Assembly: GCA_965112735.1 (NCBI GenBank)
Contig: OZ218953.1
Location: forward strand, 1,178,001-1,242,000
Direction of reading: 5' to 3'
Length of the DNA: 64,000 nt
Origin: Phaeosaccion multiseriatum
Lineage: Eukaryota > Protista > Ochrophyta, other classes
The notes under the pieces were generated by a model. The model worked only from the letters and a program-made list of their open reading frames with translations. It searched no databases and was not told the origin of the DNA. This document shows, in pieces, positions 49,057-61,501 of this stretch (positions are counted from its first letter, which is position 1; each line of letters begins with the position of its first letter). The position numbers and the translations under genes were made by a program.

Positions 49057-50689
49057 ATGATGATGGCCACAGCAATGGCAATGGGCATGTCGAGAAAGGG
49101 AAGCAGCGGCGGCGACAGCAGCCAAAGTAACTTCGCCGATGAGGCACGGAGGGAGAAGGGGGGCAACCGGCGGAGTAACCCATCGCAATCAATTGGCGAG
49201 CTGGGGGCATCGGCGGACGTCATTGTCCAGCACATCCGCAAAGCTCTTCTCAGGAAAGCTTGGTGAGTGGTAGGGCTGAGTTCACCGGCGCATCCCATTC
49301 TCCTCATTATTCGTCCGTTTTACTTTTCCCCCCCTATCCCCTCTGCTCTCTCCAACCCCTTCATCCTCCTCTTCACCAGGTCTCTCCTCCGACCCCGGTA
49401 CTCAAACGGCGAGGCGGCAAGGCGCTTGCTTGAGAGGCAAGCCAAGCGGCTCGGCGTGAGCGAGGTGCCGGACGTTGCCCACAACGGTCAAGAAAGGGGG
49501 GGGGCACGGCGAGGAGGAGGACCGGGCGAAGACTCTCCTCCCATGCTGTTGGAGTCTGACAGACAGTACTACCCCCCACCTCATAATGAGGATGGGCAGC
49601 AGGCAGACGAAGATGCCCCTACGCCTCGGGCTGGGTGGAGGGGAGGGCAGGTCCAGCAGCACCAGAAGCAGCAGCAGCAGCAGCAGCAGCAGTGGGTGGG
49701 AGGGGCGGGGGGCGGCCGCTTCGATTATCCTCATACCCCGAGTCAGAATGGATGCGGCGGAAGTGCAGCGGCTGAGTCGCTCACTGCAGACGCCGCGGCG
49801 CCCCCACTACCACGGCCGTCAGGACCAGCAGGAGGAGGAGCAGCAGCAGGAGGGAAGTCTCTCGGCATACTAGGCAGCAGTAGAGCAGCAGCTGTGGTTG
49901 CGGCAGCCAAGTCCACCCCTCCCCGCCATCCTCATGTTGTCACCCCGAGCAAGCACCAGCACCAATCCCCTCACCCCCTCCACCAGCATCAGCAGCAGCA
50001 GCAGCAAGCTGAGCCCGATCCTAGTCCTGGCCTGAGGAAGCTGCAGGACCGCCGCAGTCTGGAGGGGCTGTTTAAGGAGGAGCGCGAGGGCTACTTGCGG
50101 GACCTTCAGACAGTGCAGAAGCAACTCCAGAGCCTCAAAGGCGCCAAGGATAAGGCGGGCAAGCAGCACGCAGACGGTGAGGGAGGGAGGGAGAAAGGGA
50201 GGAGGGAGGGAGGGAGGGTGTTTTGTGGATATGCTTTTTTGCTCTCGAGTCAGCGTTCGAATCCTTTCAGTTTCGAGATGGTCTTCACGCATATCGCATT
50301 GATATCCGACTGACAAAAACTTTTCCTCGCCTCCGTCACTTGCGGTTTATGCTTTGCTCCTACTAGTCGTGACTTCATTGAAGCAAGAACTCAGACTGCA
50401 GAGAGCGAGGGTCGGGGAGGTGGAGAGGGAGAGAGACGCGGCTCTCTCCAGCAAGCACCAGAGCGACTCCCAGCTGGCGGCCAGCATCCAGCAGATCGAC
50501 GGTTACAAGGTTCGGGTGCTCCTCCTCTCCTCTCCTCCCCTCCCTCCTTGCCGCCTGTGCCCCTCATGTCCCCAAAGAAGTGACGCCCTCCTTGCCTCAC
50601 TTCTCTCTCTTGTGTATACCCACTCTCTCTGTATCCCTCTGCCTCTCCCCTCCTCTCCCTCTGTCCCTCCCCCCCCCTCTCTTGTCCCC

Positions 50690-50743
<54 letters not shown>

Positions 50744-51118
50744 GTTTATCTCTCTCTCCCCACGTTAGGTGGCTCTGGAAGAGTTGCGGGCTCGGCTCCG
50801 GGCAGAGGCCAAGCTGCACACAGAGCAGCTCCAGGCCGAGCGACGGCAGCAGAAGAGTGAGTGGCATGAGCAGCATGAGCAGCGAGCAGGAAGGATAGGA
50901 GAAGAAGAGGGAGTAGACCACACCTTGCACTTTGTCTCTTCCCGCGTGGCTTCGCGTAAGCTGTACGCCATCATGAGCGGGTACATTGTACATACACCAC
51001 CATTCATTGCTCAAGGTGCCTCTCTTGGCTTGCTGTCTACCATGTGTCTGTCTGTCTTTTATCCATGTGTCTGTGTGTCCGTCTGTGTGTGTGTCTGTCT
51101 GTCTGTCTGTCTTGTCGT

Positions 51119-51160
<42 letters not shown>

Positions 51161-52878
51161 CATGTGTCTGTCTTGTCGTTCTGCCTGTCTGTCTGGTCTG
51201 CAATCTATGTCTGTCGCCACAGTTTTGATGGAGGAGCTGGCAGCTGAGCGAAGCTTGCTAGACCGGCAGGTGCACAGCCTGAAGCAGGAACTACAGACCG
51301 CCAGGAGGGGGTGGGCGAAGGTGAGTGAGTGAGTGAGAGAGTGAGTGAGTGAGTGAGTGAGTGAGTGAGTGAGTGAGTGAGTGAGTGAGTGAGTGATGCA
51401 AACGCTCTGGCAAAGGACGCTCTTTTCAGCTTCAGAAGGAGAGCTCCACCGACCCACTCAGACCCAGCTGCTCGTCCCTCCCTACCCTCTCCTGTGCCTA
51501 TCCCCCATGCCCACTACTCATCCTATGTATCTCCCCCAGCATGTTTGCCCAATTGGGTAGATAGTTCTGACCTCCGTCTCATGCCATCCCCCCCCCCGCG
51601 CGCTCTCTCTCCTCTATCTCTCTATCTCTATCTCCCACTCTCTCTTTTTCTGTCTGTCTCTGTTTCTCTCTCTCTCTTTCTCTCTCTGCCCCCCTCAGGA
51701 GCGGTCGAGCTTCATCGTCGCTGTGCAAGAGGCCAATCAGAGGGCTGAGCTCTTTGCCCAAGAGGCGCTGGAAAACAAGGTGTGTGTGGCTATACGTGGG
51801 AGGGGGGGAACTTACGTGAGTACTTACGTGGGTAGTTGCGTGACTGGGTGTAGTGGTGGCGGTTTGAACAGACATGTGCTCAGTGGCAGCGGTGGAGAGG
51901 GAACGAATGCATCACGCTCATCGCACCATGACAAAGCTTAGTACGTCCTCTTGTCCTCACGCACGCACACACACCGTACACAGACCACCTTAGCGGAAGC
52001 CAACGAGAGACTCGCTTTGTGTCTGGAAAGAGAGGGTGAGCTGGAGGAGGAGGAGGAGGAGGAGGAGGAGGAGGAGCGGGAGAGGCAAGTGAGCTCTGTC
52101 ATTCCCGCTACTCCTACTCTTGCTCCTACTCCTCTTGCTACTCCTGCTGGGACTACTCGTGCTGCAACCACTGCTGCTGCTATAAGGGGAAGCAGGAGCG
52201 GTCGACGCAGGAGGAGCGCGAGGGACATGTCGGGCGGGAGTTTCAGTTTCAGTGCGGCTGCTTCTTCCTCTGGAGGGGCGAAAGTAGCCCCTCCCCTTGG
52301 GATGAGGAGCAACGGTAGTAGTGTCAGCAGCGGCACCAGCTCCGACTTCGCCGGTACCTCTGCTGCGCTCGACGGAGGCCGTTCCGCGGGGGGGTCCTCT
52401 TATGGATCTTCGACGGGCTCTACAGACTTGTACGATGTGAATAGACAGGAGGAGGAGAGGCAAGAGGAGGAGGAGGAGGAGGAGGAGGAGGAGGAGGAGG
52501 AGGAGGACGGAGGGGGCTTTGCAGGAAAGCATAGGGAGACGGGGGAGGACTTCTATTTGCGGCGGATCGACGCGCTCGAGGTGAGGCTGTCGTCTGTTTT
52601 CCGTTCTTTCCTTTTCACCCACTGCAAAGGCGCACACATCCCCGCCCCCCAGCCTCCAACTACTGTGGTATGGTGAAGCCTGCTCTGTCTGTTCACCTCC
52701 AACTACTGTGGTATGGTGAAGCCTGCTCTGTCTGCTCTGTTCACCTCCAACTACTGTGGTATGGTGAAGCCTGCTCTGTCTGCTCTGTTCACCTCCAACT
52801 ACTGTGGCATGGTGAAGCCTGCTCTGTCTGCTCTGTTCACTGCTCACAAAAGAGAGGTGGGATGCTTCTCGTCTCTCT

Positions 52879-52938
<60 letters not shown>

Positions 52939-55056
52939 CCAGGGGCGAGTGAGGGAAGCGGAGGAGGCCACAGTGGCAGCAAGACGCAGGATCGCTGTCC
53001 TCACACGCCAATTAGGCACCTTGTCGGAAGAGGCAGCAGCAAGCAGGCATGGAAAGGAGGAGGAGGAGGATGAAGGGGAACGGGAGAGGGGAGAAGTGCG
53101 CCAATCGCAGCACCCGCAGGCGTTAGAGCGTCAGCAGGCAGAGAACAAGGCGCAGCAGCAGCAGCAGTTGGTGATACAGCACCAGGAGGAGGAGATGGTA
53201 CAGGCCGTCGCCAAGGTAGATGCCATGATGGGAGTCCTCACCGCCTCGCTGCCTCGGGGCATCACGTCGGAAATTGAGACCCAGCTTAGTGATGGTGATC
53301 CAAATGGCGACAACGGAAGCAAGAGCAAGGCTGGCAAGAACCAGCTAGTGAACCACCTCGTGGAGCAGCTGCAGCGTCTGGAAGGGTTGCAGGGGGTCTT
53401 CTCACGTGCCATGATGAGCGAGTGCAACAAAGAGAGGGAGAAGGAAAAGCGGCAGGAAGAGGAGAGCGAGAGGTGGAAAGATGCTGCGGCTGCGGAGGCT
53501 CGAACCCGCGGCAGCCTGGAGCGGCACCTCGAGGCGGAGAGGGCCCTTCGTGAGGAGGACCAGGCTGTCGTGCTTGCGTTCCTCAGGGACTCGGAGGTGC
53601 CGCTACCCTCCTCCCTGACACAACGAAGGAGAAGGAGCAATACTAGCAAGTGCCGCAGTGGCAAGAGCAGTAGCAGCGAGGGCAGCGAAGGAAGCAGTAG
53701 CGGCGACGGCGGGGGTGGCAACAAGACAAAGAGGAAGAAGGAGGAGAAGGAGATGAAGGCACGGCAAGGCGGGGTGGAGGGTGAGGGGGTGACGGCGGAT
53801 GGGAGCAGGGTGGAGGACAGGGACAGGACTAGGGGGGGAGGAGGAGCAGAGGAAGAAGAAGTGGCAGCGCCCCCCGGCTGGAAGGAGCTCGAGGAAGGGC
53901 TGCGGAGAGTGGCGGCCTTCACTAAAGAGGCCAAGAGGGTAAGCGGACCACCTACCGACCGAACCGACCGGGGCGAGGGAGAAAGGAAGGAAGGAGGGAG
54001 GGAGGGAGGGAGAGAGGGAGGGAAGGAAGGAAGGAAGGAAGGAGGGAGGACGGAAGAGAGGGAGGGGATGAAGAAAGGAAGAAAGGCAGGAAAGGAAGTC
54101 CTTGCAATTGCTGCTTGTCTGCCTTGGTTCCTTCCCTCCACTTTCTTCCTTCTTTTCTAGCAACCACACACACCTCACACACACCGCAAATCTCATCGCT
54201 CCCATGACCCGACCCCCCCCCCCCCCTAATCCCCCTCCATCCCACCTATCTTGGTGGTTTGCTTCACGTCCTCCGTGTAACCTGCGTATCTTCGCGCTTC
54301 GTTCCATCCCCCCCCCCCCGCCACCACCACCAGCGCTTGGATGCGAGTGCGTGTGCAGAGCAGCAGCAGCAGTTGGTGATACAACAAGGAGCCGCCGCTG
54401 TAAGAGCTTTGCTTGTGCTGCAAGAGAGGGTGGAGCAGACGGCCTCTAGACTCACGTATGGGATGGTGTGCGCGACGGAGCATGGATCTGACACAATTGA
54501 GATGCTGTTTCCTCCCCACAGCGAGCAAGAGGGTATACAGCAGCAGCAGCAGCAGCGGCGGCGGCGGCAGGGAGGAGGGGAAGGAGGAGGAGGAAGACAA
54601 AGAGACAACAGCGGCACAACAACAGAGGAGGCGAGGCAACGGAAATGCCTCAACGACTTGGAGCTTGTCATGCGCGTTTGTACGCAAGTCAACGAACTGG
54701 CTCTGGACACAAGGAGGACGACAGAGAGGAGGGGGGGGGGGGGGAGACGGAGGAGGAGGAGTGGAGCCCAGAGTAGCAGCGAGAGGGGAAGACCGGATAC
54801 CGAAACCGATAGTGCCGATACGGATGGTACGGAGAGGAACGATGGTACTTCGAGGCGTCTCGGTCCTGTGGAGGGGGTGCTGCCGGCGCTGGTGAAGGAG
54901 AGGGATGAATTAAGAGACGAGGTGCAAAGGGCAGAATTGCAAGTGCAAGTGGCCTCGGAGCAGCTCACTGACTTGCTGCAGAGCATCCGACGACGGGGAG
55001 CAGGAGGGGGGCAGGGGCAGGGGCAGGGGGGGTCAAAGCGCAGCAGCAGCAGCGGC

Positions 55057-55103
<47 letters not shown>

Positions 55104-55379
55104 CAGAAGTAGCAGGAGGGGCAGCAGCAGCAGCGGAGGGCAAGAGACTCGGAGTGCTGAGGGCAGGGCTAATGGCAGCGGTGGCGACGAGTATGGCCGA
55201 GGAGGAGGAGGAGGAGGAGGAGGAAGAGGCCGTGATGGGGTGGGACAAGGCAGCGAAGCTGTATCACCAACTGCTGCATCGTCGTGGGGTCTCTCTGTGG
55301 GCGCCATGGCGGCTGAGGTGCTGCAGGAGTGGACAGCGCTGGCGCAGCAGAGGGACAACCTCGTTGACTTACTGAGCGC

Positions 55380-55421
<42 letters not shown>

Positions 55422-58400
55422 ACGGAAGGACCTAGAGTGGAGAGAGCACAAAGACCAGGAGCGGGCCGCAGCACTGAAAAGCGAGAGCATATCAGGTGGA
55501 GGCACTGAGGACAGAGAGGACAGGGAGGACAGAGAGGACAGGGAGGCAGCGGCGGAGTTCGTGCGCGAGAGAGTGCGGCAGCTGACGAGCACCTTGGAGC
55601 GGGAGAGGGACACAGGTGCGTGGCAGCAGAAGCAGCAGCAGTTGGAGGAGGAGGAGGAGGAGGAGGAGGAGGAGGAGGAGGAGGAGGAGGAGGAGGAGGA
55701 GGAGGAGGAGGAGGAGGAGGAGGGGAGGAGGAGGAGGAGGAGGAGGAGGAGGAGGAGGAGGAGGAGGAGGAGGAGGAGGAGGAGGAGGGGGAGGAGGAGG
55801 CAACTGTCCCCCTCTCTCACCGTCTGTCTCTCTCGCCCCACTTTCCCCTGTGTTTACTTTGGTTTCACTCTGCGCCCCTGCATTCCTAACCCTTCAACCC
55901 TTCAACCCTTCAACCCTTCAACCCTTCAACCCTTCAACCCTTCGCCCTCTTTCTCTTTCTCGCCAACCCCATCTCCCTCCCCATCTCCCTCCCCACTCAC
56001 TGCTCCGCCTGCTCTTTCTATCTTTTGTGCCCCCCTGCCCCCTTCCCTCCTGATGTAACATTATGTAATAGCCCTGCGGGAGGCGGAGAGCAAGGACAAG
56101 AAGTGTCGGGAGGTCACAGGCGCACTCATCGCCCTCAGAGAGAGTAACGCCACTCTCCAAGCTCAGGTGCGTGCGTATGTGTACGTACGAGTTCCGTTTT
56201 TCTGCCTTGTCTGTCTTGTCTGTCTTGTCCGTCTGGCTGTCTGGCTGTCTGGCTGTGTGTGTGTGTGCGTGTGTGTGTGCATGTGTGCTCTTCTCTTCTC
56301 TGCTCTCTTCCACGGGGCAAACGGCGATGATGCGAGGAATAGATGGGGCGATTCTCCTCCTCACAACTGACGCGTTTGCTCTCTGTTCTGCTATCCGTGT
56401 TGGTTGTTCAGCTTGGCGAGGGCCGCTCGACGGCCCAGCGGCTGCAGAGGGAGCTCTCTGTGCAGCAGAGGAGCAGCACCCTACTCAAGGCTGAGGTGAG
56501 TGGGGCTTCAGTGACAGTTTCAGATTATGCCTCTGAGGAGTGGGGCTTCAGTGACAGTTTCAGATTATGCCTCTGAGGAGTGGGGCTTCAGTGACAGTTT
56601 CAGATTAAGCCTCTGAGGAGTGGGGCTTCAGTGACAGTTTCAGATTATGCCTCTGAGGAGTGGGGCTTCAATGACAGTTTCAGAATATGTCTCTGAGGAG
56701 TGGGGCTTCAATGACAGTAAAGTGTCTCACTTGCACGCACGCACGCACGCACACACACGCACACACACACCCACACGCACACACACACAGATCGAAGAGG
56801 CCCGGGCGACGTGTGCTTCTGTGGGAGGCTCTATGGAGGAGCTTGAGCGCTGCAGAGAGGACCTCAGGGAGGCAACAGAGAGACTACACGAGCTCGCACA
56901 GCGGGCCGCCGCCGCAGGTGAGGAGGGGAGGGAGGGAGGGAGGGAGGGAGGGGGGGAGGGAGGGGGGGAGGGTGGAGTCGGGAGGTAAATGGGTTCACGG
57001 GTACCTCCCCTCCACAGCCCCCCCAACCCCTCTTTCTTTGGGCCGGCACCTCTCAACAAGAGGTGACCCGCCCCTGCCTCATTCACACGATCAGTTTCTT
57101 AGGTGATTCCTATTAAGTCAATAAATAGCTCCCCCTCCTCTCCTCTCCTCTCCTCTCCTCTCCTCTCTTCTCCTCTCACCTCCTCTCCTCTCCTCTCTCC
57201 TCTCTCCTCTCTCCTCTTCTCTCCTCTCTCCTCTCTCTTCTTCTCTCCTCCCCTCGCCTCTCCTCCCCGCTCCCCTCCCCTCCTCTCCTCTTTCCTCCCA
57301 TCTTGATACCCTCCCTACTACCCCAAACCACCCCACCCACAGAGGAGGCCTACTCGGAGAGTGAGGAGGAAAGACATGTGCTCCAAGGCCGTGTAGAGGC
57401 GTTGGAGCAGCAGCTCAACAGCACACCGAGAGACATTCTGTTGGCCCTCGCTGAGCAAAGGGTGCTAAGGGGGGAGGTGGAGGAGGGACGGCGACAACTC
57501 CAGGACCTTAACAGAAGCTTTGAGGAGGAGCTGCAGCGAAGGTGAGGGTGTGTGTGTGTTTGGGGGTGTTTGGGGGTGTTGTGGGGTGTGAGGGGGGTGA
57601 GGGGTGTGAGGTGGTGAGGGAGTGAGGGGGGTAATGGGGGTGAGGGGCCTAAGGGTGTGAGGGGGTGAGGGAGTGAGGGAGGTAAGGCGGGTGAGGGGTA
57701 TAAAAGGTGTGAGGGTGTGAGGGAGTGAGGGAGGTAGGGGGGGTGAGGGGCCTAAGGGTGTGGGTAATTGGAGAGGTGAGGGGTGTGTGTTATTGGGGGG
57801 TGAGGGGTGTGAGGGTGTATGGCAAGGTCCCTCGACGCCCCGAGGCCCCACGCGCGCCCAAAGAACCCAACCCCATTTGTGGACCTCCCTCCCACTTCGA
57901 ACTCAAACGTGCACTCCACTCCACTCCACTCGTTGGGACACGACACGCAGGGAGGCCGACATGCAGAGCCTTGTGGCCTCAGCAGGGGGAGACATCGCAA
58001 GGCTCAACACGCAGTTGCACGATCAGAACGTCACCATACATCAGGTGAGGGAGGGACCTTTATTGACTCGTGGGAAGCAACCTAAGAAGGGAGGGAGGGA
58101 GGGAGGGAGGGAGGGAGGGAGGGAGGGAGGGAGGGCGTATGGTAGTAAGTAGTACGGCGATTACGTTCGTTTCCTTCCCTCATACGTAGCTTCCCCTTTC
58201 CTTCCGTCAGGAGGAGGAGGGGAGGAGGGGAGAGGCGTGAGGGCGGAGGAAGGAGGGTGGAGGGGAGAGAGGGGGACACCCCGACCTTCTGCGTTCTGCG
58301 TCCTGCGCGTGTTTGTTGTCCGTCGACGTCCCGTCCCGCTACGCGCCACCCCCTTAGCCTTTCCTTGCCTTGCCTCTCCCTCTTCCTCTCTCACAATGAC

Positions 58401-58933
58401 CCCCCCTCCGCTTTGCCCCTTTGTCGTCCTTTTATCATCCCACCTACACCGCACGCGCGCACGCACGCATCGCTCAGCTGACCATGAGCTGCTTCCAGTC
58501 GCAAGCCCCTCACGTGGCCGATGCCACCCTCCAAGGCGATGCTGCGGCTCACCTCTTCGCTCTGTCAAACTCCTCGTCTTCGTCTCTGCCTGCTTTTTCT
58601 TCTTCTTCTTCTTCTTCTTCTGCTGCTGCTGCTGCTGCTCCTGCTCGACGTGGCTCTGCGCACATTTCGGCCACCGCCACTCCGGCGACGCCACTCACGC
58701 AAGTACGCAGAGGTATCCTCAGTAGTACACGCAGGAGCCGCAGTAGCAGTAGCGGGTGGAGGCGGGAGGTAACCGCCGGTATGAGTGGTATGGGCATCGA
58801 GAGGGCTCCTGGGGCCATGCGAGCACCACCATCAGCAGCAGCAGCAGCAGCAGCACCACCACCACCAACACCAACATCAGCAGCAGCATCAGCAGCAGTA
58901 GGGGGCGTGCCCTGCTTCCGCGGAAGTCGCTGA
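49057..58933 (+). CDS. Large multi-exon coiled-coil/low-complexity hypothetical protein
   Basis: First exon ends at about 49262 (GTGAGT donor). E/Q/R-rich exons at about 49380-50176, 50367-50509, 50769-50836, 51222-51320, 51984-52580, 52943-53938, 54360-55615, 56072-56166, 56412-56495, 56791-56916, 57343-57541 and 57951-58044. Last exon about 58478-58933. Start codon and several boundaries are approximate. Confidence 0.55.
52653..52840. repeat. Intronic 48-bp minisatellite, 4 copies (first copy 43 bp)
   Basis: cctccaactactgtggtatggtgaagcctgctctgtct(gctct)gttca at 52653, 52696, 52744 and 52792. Confidence 0.9.
55888..55943. repeat. Intronic (AACCCTTC)7 array
   Basis: Seven perfect tandem octamers. 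Confidence 0.9.
56491..56718. repeat. 40-bp minisatellite, ~5.7 copies, starting at an exon-intron junction
   Basis: ctgaggagtggggcttcagtgacagtttcagattatgcct at 56491, 56533, 56573, 56613, 56653 and 56693. Confidence 0.9.
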
Positions 58934-59405
58934 GAGGGGGTGATACGAACGAAAGAGTTTGCATTACATTGGATAACAACATCTTCCCTTCCGCCATGCA
59001 GCACAAGTCAACGAGTGTACATGCGGCACCGCGCCACACGGGTAGCACGGCCCCCGGAGGACGGGCGGCGGCACTGATGAGAGGCAAAGAGGCAAGAAAA
59101 ATTGGAGCAAATCAGTACAGAGACCAGAGATTTAAAAAAAAAAAAATTGGGGTACCCGCATTTCGGTAGTAAAATTGGTGGAGCTGAAAGACTGAAATTA
59201 TACACCTTTACCCCTTAAACCCCTTTTTTTGTATTGTGCCGACTTCCCTCTTTTCTCGGCTCACGCTAACAATGGCGCGCATATAGGGGCCGACATTCAG
59301 TGTATCGGGTGAGCATCAAATCTGTTGATAATTAGGCTCGTGGAAAAAGCAAGTACGGCGAGGTGAGGAGGGGTCGAGAAGAAGCATACATGTGTGCGTG
59401 CGTGT

Positions 59406-59660
59406 TCGGCCCTGGACAAGGTTACAGTGTGCGCAGGCCATAATCAGTAATCAGGCCGGCTGGCGCCAATAATCAGTAATCAGGCCGGCTAGCGCCGGTC
59501 ATAATCAGTAATCAGGCCGGCTGGTGCCGGTCATAATCAGTAATCAGACCCGGCTGGCGCCGGCCATAATCAGTAATCAGGCCCGGCTGGCGCCATAATC
59601 AGTAATCAGGCCGGCTGCGCCGGCCGTAATCAGTAATCAGATAACCTTGTCCAGGGCCGA
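59406..59660. mobile_element. MITE-like non-autonomous DNA transposon (255 bp)
   Basis: Perfect 19-bp terminal inverted repeats (TCGGCCCTGGACAAGGTTA 59406-59424; TAACCTTGTCCAGGGCCGA 59642-59660), a 7-bp flanking direct repeat TGCGTGT, and seven internal TAATCAGTAATCAG units. Confidence 0.75.
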
Positions 59661-60080
59661 TGCGTGTGTGCGTGCCGGCAGCCCCTCCGCTCTCCTCCTG
59701 ACTCTCCTCCCTAGTTGCCCACTTACGTAACGAAGTTACGTAACCCTACGCCGATTTTTCCAAAAAAAATCAGGTCCTATCACATTTGATCAAGGGAGCC
59801 CTCTAGCACGCCAACGACACACAAGAGCGGGCAACCAGCATCAGCAGCAGTGGCTACACTGAAGGAAGGAAGGAGGTGGGCGCGTTAGGAGTGCTAATTG
59901 GCGAATTTCGGAAGGGAACGGTGTGGATCCGGGGCGGAACGAGTTGGGGTGCGACAAGGGCCTCGTTAGGTGCCTCAGGCCTCGTTGGGGGGGATGGCTG
60001 GTTGAAGAGATCCCTGCTCGCTTAATGCGGTATCGGCTTGATCTCTGCGGTGCAGCAGCTGCCTGCTGAAAGAGAGGACC

Positions 60081-61463
60081 ATGCCGGCAGCGGGCCGAGG
60101 AGGAGGGGGAGCCCCTGCTGCAAAGGGGGCGGAGAAGGGCGGGGGGGGGAGGGACAGGACTGAGATCTTGACAAGGGCCGCAGAGCACGCGAGGCGGGCA
60201 GCAGAGCGTGTAGTGACATCCCCAGTGCCGACAGGGCCAGGGGCGCGGGGAGCGGACCGGGGCAGCGAGTATCGCTACGAAAGAAAAGGAGAGGAGGGCG
60301 GCTTTGAGTTTAGCACTTCTGTGTCTGATTTTAGCTCAGACGACGAGTCTGTCAACAATCGCGGCGGGAAGGACCCCCTGTCTGCTCTCCCACGCCATCT
60401 GCCGCCTCGCCCTCCGTCCTATTTCACCCACTTTAACAACAGCCAGCGCAACCAGCGCAACCAACAGCAGCAGCAACAGCAACAGAAGCACCAGCAGGAG
60501 CAGCAGCAGCAGCAGGGGGCGTCTTGGGGCGACGAGCCCGCAGGTGGAGGTGGCATGAGCAGCAGCGATGTGTCAACGACGACAAGTGGGGCTTTCACTG
60601 CCCCCTCGGCGGCGCCTGTTCTTGCCCCGCCCACGGCTGCTGCTTCTGCCCACGCTCCGGAGCAGGCCCTCAGCAGCATGAGCGAGGAAGCACCGAGTAA
60701 GCCGCCTTCTGCACGGCGGGGCAGGAGTGGAAGTGGCGGAATCAGGTTTCGGAACGGCCACGCTCCGCCCAATGACGGCAGCGGCAGCAATGTCAGCAGT
60801 GCTGGCAGTAGTGGCAGTCAGGCCAGCGCGGCGCTTTCATTTCGAGCGACCGACTGGGTTGCTGACGCCGGAGGTTCGGAAGGAGGGGCAGGAGGGAGGC
60901 GGGGAGGCAGGATGGCAGCAGATGCTGGCAGACCTGCAGGGGAGGCAGGAGAGTTGGCAGTAGCAGCGGCAGAAGCAAAGAAAGCAAGGAAAGCGAGGAA
61001 GAGGGGCAAGAGCAGCAACGGCAGCAGCAACGGCAGCACCAACAGTAGCAACAGCAGCGCCAGCAACCTGGCTAGGTCGTTGTCCCCTTTCTTTGGCCGC
61101 GGTAGAGGGCGGGCCTTCAACTCCGCCTACGGTAGTGGCGGTGGCAGCGGCGGCAGCAGCAGCAATCCCGCGACGACTATTGCTACTGCTGCTGGTGGTG
61201 CAGCTGCTATGGCTGCTTCTGGGGCACGGTCTTCTTCTCAGGCGTCTTCTCCGTCCCACTCGCGGAACAGTCCCAACCGCAGAGGACGTAGTCGGCAGTC
61301 ACGCGCCTCCTTCCCCAGGCGACGGAGAGCGGGAAGCAGAGACAGAGACAGAGACAGAGAGACAGGCAGGGGGAAGGGAAGAGAAGGGCGCTCCTTCCTC
61401 GTCGCACGGAGGACGGGCAGCAGAGAAAGGGCAGAAAGAGGAGCAGGAGGAGCAGGAGGAGCA

Positions 61464-61501
<38 letters not shown>

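Noticed and set aside
55616-55800. Apparent poly-Glu to poly-Arg frameshift in ORF 54259-56058
   Set aside because: A donor at 55616 (ACAG|GTGCGT) joins in frame to the acceptor before 56072, so the GAG run is most simply intronic.
52653-56718. 48-bp and 40-bp arrays as CRISPR
   Set aside because: They are head-to-tail repeats without unique spacers, located in introns.
59438-59640. CRISPR-like repeat/spacer appearance
   Set aside because: The 'spacers' are short near-copies of each other, the array lies inside terminal inverted repeats, the context is eukaryotic and no cas genes are visible.
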